Translations under genes and position numbers: made by a program
Part shown: positions 54,486 through 63,448 of the stretch, piece after piece
Position numbering within the stretch: position 1 is the stretch's first letter
Layout of the letters: each line of letters starts with the position of its first letter
Notes under the pieces: generated by a model
Database searches by the model: none
Told to the model about the DNA's origin: nothing
Seen by the model: only the letters and a program-made list of their open reading frames with translations
Origin: Thermoanaerobaculia bacterium
GTDB lineage: Bacteria > Acidobacteriota > Thermoanaerobaculia > Multivoradales > Multivoraceae
Assembly: GCA_965232105.1 (NCBI GenBank)
Contig: OZ246956.1
Span: forward strand, 20,101-84,100
Direction of reading: 5' to 3'
Length of the DNA stretch: 64,000 nucleotides

Positions 54486-56891
54486 CTACCGGCTCCGAAC
54501 GGGCACGCCCTGCCGGTACTGCTCGAGCCTCCCCTTCAGCAGCTCGAGCAGGCGCTCGCGGTCGGACGGCGCCGCCTGCTGCCGCCCGGCGCCGCCGAGA
54601 ATCTCCAAGGCGCTCTCGACCGTTCGGATCGCGGACTCGAAGTCGCCGGTCTCGGCGTAGGCGGCGGCCAGGGTCTCGAGCAGGGCCGGTTCGGCGCCGC
54701 CGGCAACCGCGTTGAGTTCGAGCGCGATGACCAACGCGAGCTGGCCGTCCCTGCGGGCGGCGTCGCTGTGGGTCGCCAGGCTCCACGCGATCTCGTTGCC
54801 CCGGGCGAGCAGACGCTGGTCCTCGACGTAGGCGCGCCGTAGTTGCTCGGCGCCCTCCGCCGCGGTGGCCGGGCCGCTCTGGAGCAGCGCAAGCCCGAGT
54901 GCGTGGCGGGCCGCGGCGTGATTCGGGGCGTGCTCAAGGACCGAGCGATAGCCCTCCACCGCTTCGTCCAGACGGCCCCGACCGGCGGCCACCTGAGCCG
55001 CGCCGTACAGGGCGTCGACGTCGCGTGGCTCCACCGCAAGAACGGCCCGGTAGTGCGCGGCGGCGGGTTCCAGGTAGCCGCTGCGGACCGCCGCGACGGC
55101 CAGGATCCGATGCGCCTCGACATGCCGCGGGTCACGGTCGACGACCGCCGCGAATTGCTCCATCGCTTCCGGCAGCCGGTCCAGCTTGCCGAGCAACTGG
55201 CCGTAGAGGTACCTGAGCTCCACATCGTCGGGGCTCTGCTCCACGGCCCGGCGGAGTTCCCCGGCCGCGGCCTCCGTTTGCCCCTCGCTGTCCAGGAGTT
55301 CGGCCAGACGCACCCGGGCGGCGACGTTGTCCGGGTCCGCGGCGAGTGCCGCTTCCACGTCGCCGCGCACCTGGTCCACGTCACCGGCGTCGACCAGGGC
55401 GTTCTCGTATGCCATCCGCGCGCCTGGATCGTCCGGTTCGATGTCCAGGGCGGCGCGGGCGTGGCCCACCGCGGCCTGGTGATCGCCGCGACGGCTCTCG
55501 ATCACCGCCAGACGCTGGAGCGATTTGAACAGCCGGTCCCGGGCGCCGCGCTGCTCGAACTCCGCGCCGGCGCCGAGTCGCGCCTGCTCCACGTCGACGG
55601 ACCGTCGCAGCAGGGACACGGATTCGGCGGGGAAGCTGTCCTCGAACCAGCGCGCGTAGCTCGCGAGCGACACCTCCTCCGGCGTCTCGGTGAACCAGCG
55701 GCCGGACAACGGCGCCGACGCAGCGCGCAGCGCGGAAGGCGGCGACTCGAGCAGTTCCAGGTCGGCCAGCAGGTCCGCGGCGGTCACGCCGCCACGGTAG
55801 AGCGCGGCAACCCGGCCCTCGCGGTCGATCAGCATCGAAAACGGCAGCGACAGCGGGAAACGGCGGTCGAAGAGCGACCGCTTGACGATCTCGACCTTGT
55901 CGAGCGTCTCCTCCGTCGCCATCCCGTGCAGGAACGGGAAGCCTGCCTCCTCCATGAACTTCCTCGCCGCTTCCTCGGTCGTGGTCGCCACCTCGCCCAT
56001 CCCGTCGGTCGAGAGCGCCGCGATTTCCAGCCCGGCGGCACGCAGCGCCTCCTCTTCCTCGGTCAGATCGAGCAGCTCGAACCGGCAGGGAACGCACCAG
56101 CTCGCCCAGATGTTGAGGAGCACGGGACGGCCGTGTCCGGCCTGGACGGGAACAGCTTCGTCGTCGCCAAACGGACGCAGCGTGAACGACGGCGCCGGTG
56201 GTCGCGGCGCCAGCACGACCCGCGAACCGGTGCTCGGCGCCGGGGGCTGCTGATCGCCCGGCTCGAGCGTTCCGCCGCGAGTCGCCGCCGGCACGGGCAC
56301 TGCCCGGTCGCTCCCCTGGACGATCCGGTAGCGGCCGCCCGCCGCGATGCCGCCGAACGTCTCCCGGCCGGCGCCCGGCCAGCGGACCGTCGCCGCACCC
56401 GTCGGTTCGCCGCCGCCCAGACCGAAGTGCAGCCAGCGGCTGGACTGCGAGAGAAACCCCTCGCCGGCGCGCACCGATCGCCGCAGGATGCCGTCCGTCG
56501 TCTCGAGCTCGACCCGGGCGCCCACCGCGTCCCGGTTCGTGCCGGCGCCGTCGCCTTCGAGGTACAGCGCCACGAAGCGATCGCCTGCGGCCAGTTCGTT
56601 GCGCATCAACCGCAGCCGGGGCGCGGTCCGGTTGCTGATCGCCACATCCAGGTCGCCGTCGCCCTCCAGGTCGAGGAAGGCCACTCCGCGGCCGTCGTCC
56701 GGGAAGTCCAGACCGCTCACCGCCGACGCGTTGGCGAAGGCGCCGCCGGCTTCGCCGGGGTTCAGGAAGACGCAGTTTCGCTCGTTGCCGCTGAACGACA
56801 GGCCCTCGTCGAGCCGCTCGTGGAGCGCCCGCAAAGACTCGAGATACGGCTCAAGCGAACGGTCATCCGGCGAATCGGGCGCGCGCGGCAC
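54486..56891 (-). CDS. FG-GAP + UnbV/ASPIC + TlpA-like thioredoxin + TPR multidomain protein (or the C-terminal 801 aa of a ~1400-aa protein)
   Basis: ...VAFLDLEGDGDLDVAISN... (FG-GAP), ...FVALYLEGDGAGTNRDAVGARVELETTDG...RAGEGFLSQSSRWLHFGLG... (UnbV_ASPIC), ...VLLNIWASWCVPCRFELLDL... (TlpA/redoxin CxxC), then ~8 TPRs. The track start is a GTG that lies in-frame, 7 codons after the TGA ending ORF 56913..58712. Confidence 0.8.
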   Translation of the reverse strand: MPRAPDSPDDRSLEPYLESLRALHERLDEGLSFSGNERNCVFLNPGEAGGAFANASAVSGLDFPDDGRGVAFLDLEGDGDLDVAISNRTAPRLRLMRNELAAGDRFVALYLEGDGAGTNRDAVGARVELETTDGILRRSVRAGEGFLSQSSRWLHFGLGGGEPTGAATVRWPGAGRETFGGIAAGGRYRIVQGSDRAVPVPAATRGGTLEPGDQQPPAPSTGSRVVLAPRPPAPSFTLRPFGDDEAVPVQAGHGRPVLLNIWASWCVPCRFELLDLTEEEEALRAAGLEIAALSTDGMGEVATTTEEAARKFMEEAGFPFLHGMATEETLDKVEIVKRSLFDRRFPLSLPFSMLIDREGRVAALYRGGVTAADLLADLELLESPPSALRAASAPLSGRWFTETPEEVSLASYARWFEDSFPAESVSLLRRSVDVEQARLGAGAEFEQRGARDRLFKSLQRLAVIESRRGDHQAAVGHARAALDIEPDDPGARMAYENALVDAGDVDQVRGDVEAALAADPDNVAARVRLAELLDSEGQTEAAAGELRRAVEQSPDDVELRYLYGQLLGKLDRLPEAMEQFAAVVDRDPRHVEAHRILAVAAVRSGYLEPAAAHYRAVLAVEPRDVDALYGAAQVAAGRGRLDEAVEGYRSVLEHAPNHAAARHALGLALLQSGPATAAEGAEQLRRAYVEDQRLLARGNEIAWSLATHSDAARRDGQLALVIALELNAVAGGAEPALLETLAAAYAETGDFESAIRTVESALEILGGAGRQQAAPSDRERLLELLKGRLEQYRQGVPVRSR

Positions 56892-56901
56892 GACCTGCCG
56901 C
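56885..56901 (-). other. Hairpin 11 nt downstream of the in-frame UGA (SECIS-like geometry)
   Basis: The minus strand reads UGA-agcuucuucug-GCGGCA-GGUCG-UGCCGC: a 6-bp stem with a GGUC-containing loop. This resembles my recollection of the E. coli fdhF minimal SECIS (GGUUGCAGGUCUGCACC, 11 nt from UGA). It may be chance in GC-rich DNA. Confidence 0.2.
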
Positions 56902-56912
56902 CAGAAGAAGCT

Positions 56913-58712
56913 TCACAGGTCGTCCGGGAGGGTCTGGGTCAAGTTGCCGTTGGCAACGACCAGGTCCTCCCAGCCATCGTTGTTGATGTCGGCGAAGACG
57001 GACGACCAGGACCACCGGCCCATCGTCACTTTCGCGTCGACGCTGCGGTCGACGAAGCCGCCGCCGTCCCCGCCGGCGAAGAGCGAGTTGCCGCGCGCCA
57101 TCCGCTGAACCTCGGTCAGCGGACCGGCACGCTGGCGGTCGCGCTCGAACTTCCGCTGGTAGGTGATCCGGTTGCCGGCGGCCGAGAACATGTTGCCGAC
57201 GTAGACGTCCATCCGACCGTCGCGGTTGTAGTCGGCCCAACTCACCGACATCCCGGACGAAATGTCCTCGACGCCAGCGTCCCCCGCCACGTCGACGAAC
57301 CGGCCACCGTCGTTCCGGTACAGGTTGTTGCGGCCGTAGTCGTTCGCCACGTAGAGATCCGCGTCACCGTCGCCGTCGACGTCCTCCCAGGACGCGGCCA
57401 GGCTGAAGCGGCGGTTGTTCACATCAAGCCCCACCTCGACCGTCGCGTCGACGAAGCGGAAACCGCCGTCGTTGCGCAGTAAGACGTTGCGACCGCCGTT
57501 GTTCGCGTCGTGGTACGGCACCGGGCTCGCCACGCCCCGTTCGTCGTAAGCGCGGCGGTAGGCGCAGATGTAGATGTCGAGGTCGCCGTCGCCGTCGTAG
57601 TCGGCCGCCGACAGTGAGTTGCTGTCCGGGATCTCGCCCGCGACGTAGCGCACGCGGGCAAAGCCGCCACGACCGTCGTTCTCGAGCACCAGCACCGCCG
57701 GCCGGCTCGAAAGGACGAGGTCCGGATCACCGTCGTTGTCGAGATCGACGAACAGCCCGGCGAGGGCACGCTCCAGGTAGTCGACCGCCGCCGCCGCCGA
57801 ACGGTCGTCGAACGTGCCATCCCGGTTCTGGACGTAGAGGCGGTTCGGCAGACCGCCCTGCTCCGGCAGGAAGAGGTCGTCCAGCCCGTCGCCGTTGACG
57901 TCCGCGACGGAGACGCCCTGCCATCCCGTCTTGTTGTAACCCGCCGCCTTCGTGATCCGGTTGAGCCAGGCGTCGGGCGGCTGGAGCAGTTGCTCCCGGT
58001 AGCTCGGGTTGTGACCGACAGCGCCTTCCGTGACGTCGACGAAGAGGGGGCCCCGGGGAGCCGCCGTCTCCTCGTAGTCGGCGATCTCCACCCGAAGCAG
58101 CAACGGTTCGGCGTCGATCACCGGCAACGTCCAGGTGGCCGACCAGACCGCATTCAACTGGCGACTTCCGGCTGCTCCAGCCGCCGACGCCTCCAGGTAG
58201 GCCAACGTGGTGAACCCGGCGGATCCTGTGTCGATCGAATACAGCTTGAAGTCCGCCCGCGGCGGCCGGTCGCCCGCGAGCCGCTCAGCGAGGGCTCCCA
58301 GCGCCCGCTCGAAACCCTCGGCGCCGCGGTACCCGACACCCGCCCCACCCGGGCTTCCCGTCTCGACAGCGAAGGCCGGCCCCCGGTAGCGCGGACTCAG
58401 TTCCTCCGGTACAAACCCCGCCGACTCAAAGGCCTGATCGACGACCGACGCAAGGTCGCCTGAGCCCAGACGATCGCTCTCGCCTCCGGCAACCTCAACC
58501 AGCCACGCAGCGACGCGCTTGAGCTGCGCCTCAGCCTGTTCGCTGAGCGCCTCGGTGTCCCAACCGTCCGCCCGCGGATCGACCGCGGCGGCGAAGTTCT
58601 CGGGCTCGAAGGCAGGGGTGACGTCCGCCTGCCCGCTCTGCGCCAACGCGGCGGCCGGCGCAACCGCCACAGTCAGCACGACGACGACTCGGGAGATCCA
58701 CACCGCCGACAC
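56913..58712 (-). CDS. FG-GAP/VCBS-repeat secreted protein (CRTAC1-type); ends at a TGA in-frame with the next ORF
   Basis: Signal MSAVWISRVVVVLTVAVAPAAALAQ. Repeated ...VADVNGDGLDDLF..., ...FVDLDNDGDPDLV..., ...AADYDGDGDLDIY..., ...WEDVDGDGDADLY..., ...ADYNRDGRMDVY..., ...ADINNDGWEDLV... units. Confidence 0.85.
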   Translation of the reverse strand: MSAVWISRVVVVLTVAVAPAAALAQSGQADVTPAFEPENFAAAVDPRADGWDTEALSEQAEAQLKRVAAWLVEVAGGESDRLGSGDLASVVDQAFESAGFVPEELSPRYRGPAFAVETGSPGGAGVGYRGAEGFERALGALAERLAGDRPPRADFKLYSIDTGSAGFTTLAYLEASAAGAAGSRQLNAVWSATWTLPVIDAEPLLLRVEIADYEETAAPRGPLFVDVTEGAVGHNPSYREQLLQPPDAWLNRITKAAGYNKTGWQGVSVADVNGDGLDDLFLPEQGGLPNRLYVQNRDGTFDDRSAAAAVDYLERALAGLFVDLDNDGDPDLVLSSRPAVLVLENDGRGGFARVRYVAGEIPDSNSLSAADYDGDGDLDIYICAYRRAYDERGVASPVPYHDANNGGRNVLLRNDGGFRFVDATVEVGLDVNNRRFSLAASWEDVDGDGDADLYVANDYGRNNLYRNDGGRFVDVAGDAGVEDISSGMSVSWADYNRDGRMDVYVGNMFSAAGNRITYQRKFERDRQRAGPLTEVQRMARGNSLFAGGDGGGFVDRSVDAKVTMGRWSWSSVFADINNDGWEDLVVANGNLTQTLPDDL

Positions 58713-58743
58713 TCTAACGTTCCTGCTCTTCTATGATCGGCCC

Positions 58744-60948
58744 GTGAGTCCCAGCTTGAGGACCCCCTTCGGCCTGGGGCAGACGAAGCCGCGCCACTAC
58801 CTGGAGATGGCCAAGGTCGCATGGCAGAACCGCGACGAGGGCGGCTACGCCTGGCGCATCCTGCGCGACGGAGTCTGCGACGGTTGCGCTCTCGGAACGT
58901 CGGGGCTCCGGGACTGGACGATGGACGGCGTCCACCTGTGCATGGTTCGGCTCGACCTGCTGCGGCTGAACACGATGCCGGCACTCGACCCGGCCGTGCT
59001 CGCCAACGCGGAAGCTCTGGCCGCACGAGGCTCGACGGAACTGCGCGGCCTGGGCCGCCTCGCGCACCCGATGCTGCGCCGGGCCGGCGAACCGGGTTTC
59101 CGGCGGATCGGCTGGCCCGAGGCGACCGACCTCGCGGCGGCGCGGCTGGCGAAGGTCCGCCAGCACGACCCCACGCGCGCGGCCTTCTTCCTGACTTCGC
59201 GCGGCATCCCCAACGAGACGTACTACGTGGCGCAGAAGGCCGCCCGCTTCTTCGGCACCCCCCACGTCGACACCGCCGCCCGCCTCTGCCACGCCGCCTC
59301 GACGGTGGCGCTGCATCGATCACTCGGATTCGGCGCCGCGACGAATTCCTACACCGACTGGCTCGACGCGGACCTGATCGTCTTCTTCGGCTCGAACGTG
59401 CCGAACAACCAGCCGGTGACGGTCAAGTACCTTCACTACGCTCGTCAGCGCGGGGCTGAAATCGCGGTCGTCAACCCGTATCGCGAGCCGGGCCTCGAGC
59501 GCTACTGGGTACCGTCGGTCCCTTCGAGCGCGGTCTTCGGCACCGACCTGGCCCAGCACTGGTTCGCCGTCGATACCGGCGGCGACCTCGCCTTCCTCAA
59601 CGGGACGATGAAGGCTCTCCTCGACCTGCCCGGCGGCGTCGCGCAAGGCTTCGTCGAGCGCTCCACCGAGGATTTCGCCACCGTCGAGGCGTCGCTGAAG
59701 GGAACTCCCTGGAGCGATCTTGAGAGCGCGAGCGGCGCCTCGCGCGCCGAGATGGAGCGCTTCGCCGGGCTCCTCTGCGCCAGGCCGAAGACGATCCTCG
59801 TCTGGTCGATGGGTCTGACGCAGCACCGGCACGGCGTCGACACGGTGCTCGCGATCTGCAACCTCGGACTGATGCGCGGCCTCCCGGGACTTCCCGGCGC
59901 CGGGCTCGTTCCAATCCGCGGCCACTCCGGCGTCCAGGGCGGATCCGAGGTCGGCTGTACACCGGTGACCGAAGCGGCGATTCTCGACCGCTGGGCCGAG
60001 GTCTGGGGCTTCGAACCGCCGCGTGGTCCCGGACTGGCCGCGACCGGCCAGCTCGAGGCCGCGGCCGACGGCGACATCGACGCGTTCTGGATCCTCGGCG
60101 GCAACTTCCTGGAAACGACGCCCAACCGGGAACGGATCGAGCGCGCGCTGCACAGGCCCGAGATCCGCATTCACCAGGACATCCTGCTGAACAGCGCGAT
60201 GCTGGTCGAGCCGAGCGACACCGTGCTGTTGCTGCCGGCGACGACCCGCTACGAGATCCCCGGCGGCGTGACCGAGACGACGACGGAGAGACGAATCGTC
60301 TACTCGCCGCCGATCGGCTATCGCGGCAGCGAAGCGAGGCGACTCGGGGAAAGCCGGCCAGAGTGGGAGGTCCTCTGCGAGATCGTCTCCAGGGTGCGGC
60401 CCGAGCCCGCGGGGGCGCTCGACTTCGCGGACACGGGCACGATCCGTGACGAGATCGCACGCGCCGAGCCGCGCTACGCCGGCATCGAGAACCTGAAACG
60501 GAAGGGCGACCAGTTCCAGTGGGGCGGAGCGCGCCTGTTCGAGGGCGGACGCTTCGCGACCTCGTCGGGCCGGGCTCGCTTTCACGTGGTGGCGCCGCCG
60601 GCCGACCGCGCACTCGAAGAGGGTGAACTCTTCCTCTCGACCCGCCGAGGACGCCAGTTCAACTCGATGGTCCACCAGGCGCAGGACCCGCTGACCGGCC
60701 TCGACCGCTCCGACCTGCTGATCAACGCGGACGACGGCCGGGATCGGGGCATCGCCGACGGCGACCGGGTGGTCGTCAAGTCACCCGTGTCGCGGATCGA
60801 GCTGGTGGCCCGCTTTCAGCCGATCAAGGCCGGCAACGTCGAAGCCCACTGGCCGGAGTGCATGGAGTTGCTGCCCTGGTCGCTCGACCCCGACTCCGGC
60901 GAACCCGAGTACGGTGTTCGCGTGCGGATCGAACGAGCGGGCGCCTGA
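58744..60948 (+). CDS. FdhF/YdeP-family molybdopterin oxidoreductase
   Basis: GTG 58744. ...DGVCDGCALGTSGLRDWTMDGVHLCMVRL... is the N-terminal Cys cluster. ...FFLTSRGIPNETYYVAQKAARFFGTPHVDTAARLCHAAS... and ...IVFFGSNVPNNQP... follow, then a C-terminal molydopterin dinucleotide-binding region. Followed by fdhD. Confidence 0.82.
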   Translation: MSPSLRTPFGLGQTKPRHYLEMAKVAWQNRDEGGYAWRILRDGVCDGCALGTSGLRDWTMDGVHLCMVRLDLLRLNTMPALDPAVLANAEALAARGSTELRGLGRLAHPMLRRAGEPGFRRIGWPEATDLAAARLAKVRQHDPTRAAFFLTSRGIPNETYYVAQKAARFFGTPHVDTAARLCHAASTVALHRSLGFGAATNSYTDWLDADLIVFFGSNVPNNQPVTVKYLHYARQRGAEIAVVNPYREPGLERYWVPSVPSSAVFGTDLAQHWFAVDTGGDLAFLNGTMKALLDLPGGVAQGFVERSTEDFATVEASLKGTPWSDLESASGASRAEMERFAGLLCARPKTILVWSMGLTQHRHGVDTVLAICNLGLMRGLPGLPGAGLVPIRGHSGVQGGSEVGCTPVTEAAILDRWAEVWGFEPPRGPGLAATGQLEAAADGDIDAFWILGGNFLETTPNRERIERALHRPEIRIHQDILLNSAMLVEPSDTVLLLPATTRYEIPGGVTETTTERRIVYSPPIGYRGSEARRLGESRPEWEVLCEIVSRVRPEPAGALDFADTGTIRDEIARAEPRYAGIENLKRKGDQFQWGGARLFEGGRFATSSGRARFHVVAPPADRALEEGELFLSTRRGRQFNSMVHQAQDPLTGLDRSDLLINADDGRDRGIADGDRVVVKSPVSRIELVARFQPIKAGNVEAHWPECMELLPWSLDPDSGEPEYGVRVRIERAGA

Positions 60949-60949
60949 C

Positions 60950-61876
60950 GTGGCCGCCGACCGACCCGCCGCCGAACGGGCCGGCCTCGCCGCGGCCCGC
61001 GAAACGCTGGTCGAGCGCGGCGAGGGCGAGGTGCGCCGCGACCAGGTGGCGATCGAAGAGCCCCTGGAGATCCGGGTCGACGGAGAAGCTCTCGTCGTCA
61101 CGATGCGCAGCCCGGGCGCCGAGGAGGAACTCGCCCTGGGCTACCTCTACGCCGAGGGCTGGATCGAGGGCGCCGGAGACGTGGCCGATGTCGAAGCCGG
61201 CCCCGCCGCCCGGTCCGACCGGCGGCCGGCACTCCCGGCAAATGACGAGACGCCCCTGGTCCCCGGCGCGGTCGTGGACGTCCGCCTCTCCGCGCAAGGT
61301 CGCGAGCGATCACGCCGCCGCGCGGATCCCGGCGAGCGCGAACGCGCCTTCCGCGTCACCAGCGCCTGCGGCGTCTGCGGCAAGCCCTCGCTGGAAGATC
61401 TGTGGGTCCGGCTGCCGGCAATCCGGCCGCTCGACCTGACGCCGGACCGCGAGCGCCGCCTCGTTCGGGAATTGCCGGCCGCGATGAGGGTTCGGCAAGA
61501 CCTCTTCGGCGACACCGGCGGCGTCCACGCCGCCGCCCTGTTCGGGGTCGACGACGGTCCCGCCGAGCTGCTCTGGCTCTACGAGGACATCGGCCGCCAC
61601 AACGCGGTCGACAAGATCGTCGGCCGGGCGCTACAAGCCGGGCGGCTGCCCCTCGACTCGACCATCCTGGCGGTCAGCGGACGCCTCGGCTTCGAGATCG
61701 TCCAGAAAGCCGCGGTCGCCGGCATACCAACCGTCGCCGCGGTCGGGGCGCCCTCGAGCCTGGCGCTGGACATCGCCCACCTGGCGGGAATCCGGGTGTA
61801 CGCCTTCGTGGCGGGCGACCGCGGCAACCTCTATCCCTCGGCTCCGGTCGAGGCGCACCTCGTGAGCTCCTCGTGA
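60950..61876 (+). CDS. fdhD: Formate dehydrogenase accessory sulfurtransferase FdhD
   Basis: ...FRVTSACGVCGKPSLEDL..., ...GGVHAAALF..., ...EDIGRHNAVDKIVG..., ...VSGRLGFEIVQKAAVAGIPTVAAVGAPSSLAL.... I prefer GTG 60950 (2 nt after the upstream stop) over the track start 60914. Confidence 0.9.
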   Translation: MAADRPAAERAGLAAARETLVERGEGEVRRDQVAIEEPLEIRVDGEALVVTMRSPGAEEELALGYLYAEGWIEGAGDVADVEAGPAARSDRRPALPANDETPLVPGAVVDVRLSAQGRERSRRRADPGERERAFRVTSACGVCGKPSLEDLWVRLPAIRPLDLTPDRERRLVRELPAAMRVRQDLFGDTGGVHAAALFGVDDGPAELLWLYEDIGRHNAVDKIVGRALQAGRLPLDSTILAVSGRLGFEIVQKAAVAGIPTVAAVGAPSSLALDIAHLAGIRVYAFVAGDRGNLYPSAPVEAHLVSSS

Positions 61877-61974
61877 GCCACGTCGATTGACGACTTGGGC
61901 CTGCGGGCATAGGTTGACCCCAGGAGCCTGTTGACCCCCTGCAGGGCGAGCCCCACGATGACGAGGAGTCTGAA

Positions 61975-63426
61975 GTGACGACAGCGGCAACTGCGTCTAC
62001 GGAGCGGCGCCCGGCGCCGAAGCTGACCTTCTTCGACCACGTCAATGTCGCCTTCGACGAAGCGGCGAAGCACACGGGCCACGACCCCACGCTGCTGGAG
62101 CAGGTGAAGTGGGTCAACTCGGTCTATCGGATGACCTTCCCGCTGCGACGCGACGACGGCTCGATCGAGGTCGTTCACGCCTGGCGCGCCGAACACAGCC
62201 ATCACCGGCTGCCCACGAAGGGCGGAATCCGCTACGCGATGAACGTCAACGAGGACGAGGTCATGGCGCTGTCGGCGCTGATGACCTACAAGTGCGCCCT
62301 GGTCGACGTTCCCTTCGGCGGCGCCAAGGGCGGCGTCCGGATCGACCGCCACAAGTACTCCCAGGGCGAACTCGAGCGGCTCACACGCCGCTACACCGCC
62401 GAACTCCAGCGCAAGTCGTTCATCGGGCCGGGGAAGGACGTCCCGGCGCCCGACTACGGCACGGGCGAACAGGAGATGGCCTGGATCGCGGACACCTACG
62501 CACAGATCGAACACGGCGAGGTCAATATCGCCGCCTGCGTCACCGGCAAGCCGGTCGAACACGGCGGCATCCAGGGCCGCACCCAGGCCACTGGCCTCGG
62601 CGTCTTCTACGGCATCCGCGAAGCCTGTTCGTACGAAGACGACATGGCGAAGCTCGGACTCGAGCCCGGAATCGCGGGCAAACGGGTCGTGATCCAGGGG
62701 CTGGGCAACGTCGGCTATCACGCGGGGCAGTACCTGCGGGGCGCGGGCGCGAAGCTGGTCGGTCTGGCCGAGTACGAGGGCGCGATCGCGTGCGCGGATG
62801 GACTCGACGTCGACGACGTGGTCGAACACCGGCGGGAGACCGGGTCCATCCTCAACTTCCCCGGCGCGTCCAACATCGAGCCCAGCCGAAAGGCGCTGGA
62901 ACTCGACTGCGACATCCTCGTCCCGGCGGCGCTGGAGAACCAGATCACCCGGGAGAACATCGGGCGCATCTCCTGCCGCATCCTCGCCGAAGCGGCGAAC
63001 GGACCGACAACGTCCTACGCGAGCAAGGCCGCGGCCAAGCGAGGCATCTTCGTGATTCCCGACGTCTACCTGAACGCCGGCGGCGTGACGGTCTCCTACT
63101 TCGAGTGGCTCAAGAACCTCTCGCACGTACGCTTCGGGCGGATGCAGAAACGATTCGAGGAGAGTGTGCGCAGGGATCTGCTGCACGCGATGAGTGCCGC
63201 GACCGGGGCCAGCTTCAGCCGGGACGAGATCAAGATCCTGGCCCGTGGCGCGGACGAGATCGATCTGGTGAACTCAGGCCTCGAGGAGACGATGGCGACC
63301 GCCTATCACCACATGCGCAGGTACAAGAAGAAGCTCGGCCCCGGTGTCGATCTGCGCACCGCCGCGATGGTCCTCGCCATCGACAAGGTCGCAGCCTCCT
63401 ACAAGACCGCGGGGATCTTCCCCTGA
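61975..63426 (+). CDS. gdh: Glutamate dehydrogenase, GLUD1-like long form
   Basis: GTG start with gaggag RBS. ...LPTKGGIRYAMNVNEDEVMALSALMTYKCALVDVPFGGAKGGVRI... is very close to the animal GLUD1 motif block. GxGNVG Rossmann motif (VIQGLGNVGYH). Confidence 0.9.
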   Translation: MTTAATASTERRPAPKLTFFDHVNVAFDEAAKHTGHDPTLLEQVKWVNSVYRMTFPLRRDDGSIEVVHAWRAEHSHHRLPTKGGIRYAMNVNEDEVMALSALMTYKCALVDVPFGGAKGGVRIDRHKYSQGELERLTRRYTAELQRKSFIGPGKDVPAPDYGTGEQEMAWIADTYAQIEHGEVNIAACVTGKPVEHGGIQGRTQATGLGVFYGIREACSYEDDMAKLGLEPGIAGKRVVIQGLGNVGYHAGQYLRGAGAKLVGLAEYEGAIACADGLDVDDVVEHRRETGSILNFPGASNIEPSRKALELDCDILVPAALENQITRENIGRISCRILAEAANGPTTSYASKAAAKRGIFVIPDVYLNAGGVTVSYFEWLKNLSHVRFGRMQKRFEESVRRDLLHAMSAATGASFSRDEIKILARGADEIDLVNSGLEETMATAYHHMRRYKKKLGPGVDLRTAAMVLAIDKVAASYKTAGIFP

Positions 63427-63448
63427 TCCGCTACGGCGTCGACGCCCC

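Noticed and set aside
54843-57482. 879-aa plus-strand ORF opposite the FG-GAP/ASPIC genes
   Set aside because: The minus-strand frames show repeated DxDGDG FG-GAP units, UnbV_ASPIC, a CxxC thioredoxin motif and TPRs, whereas this ORF has none.
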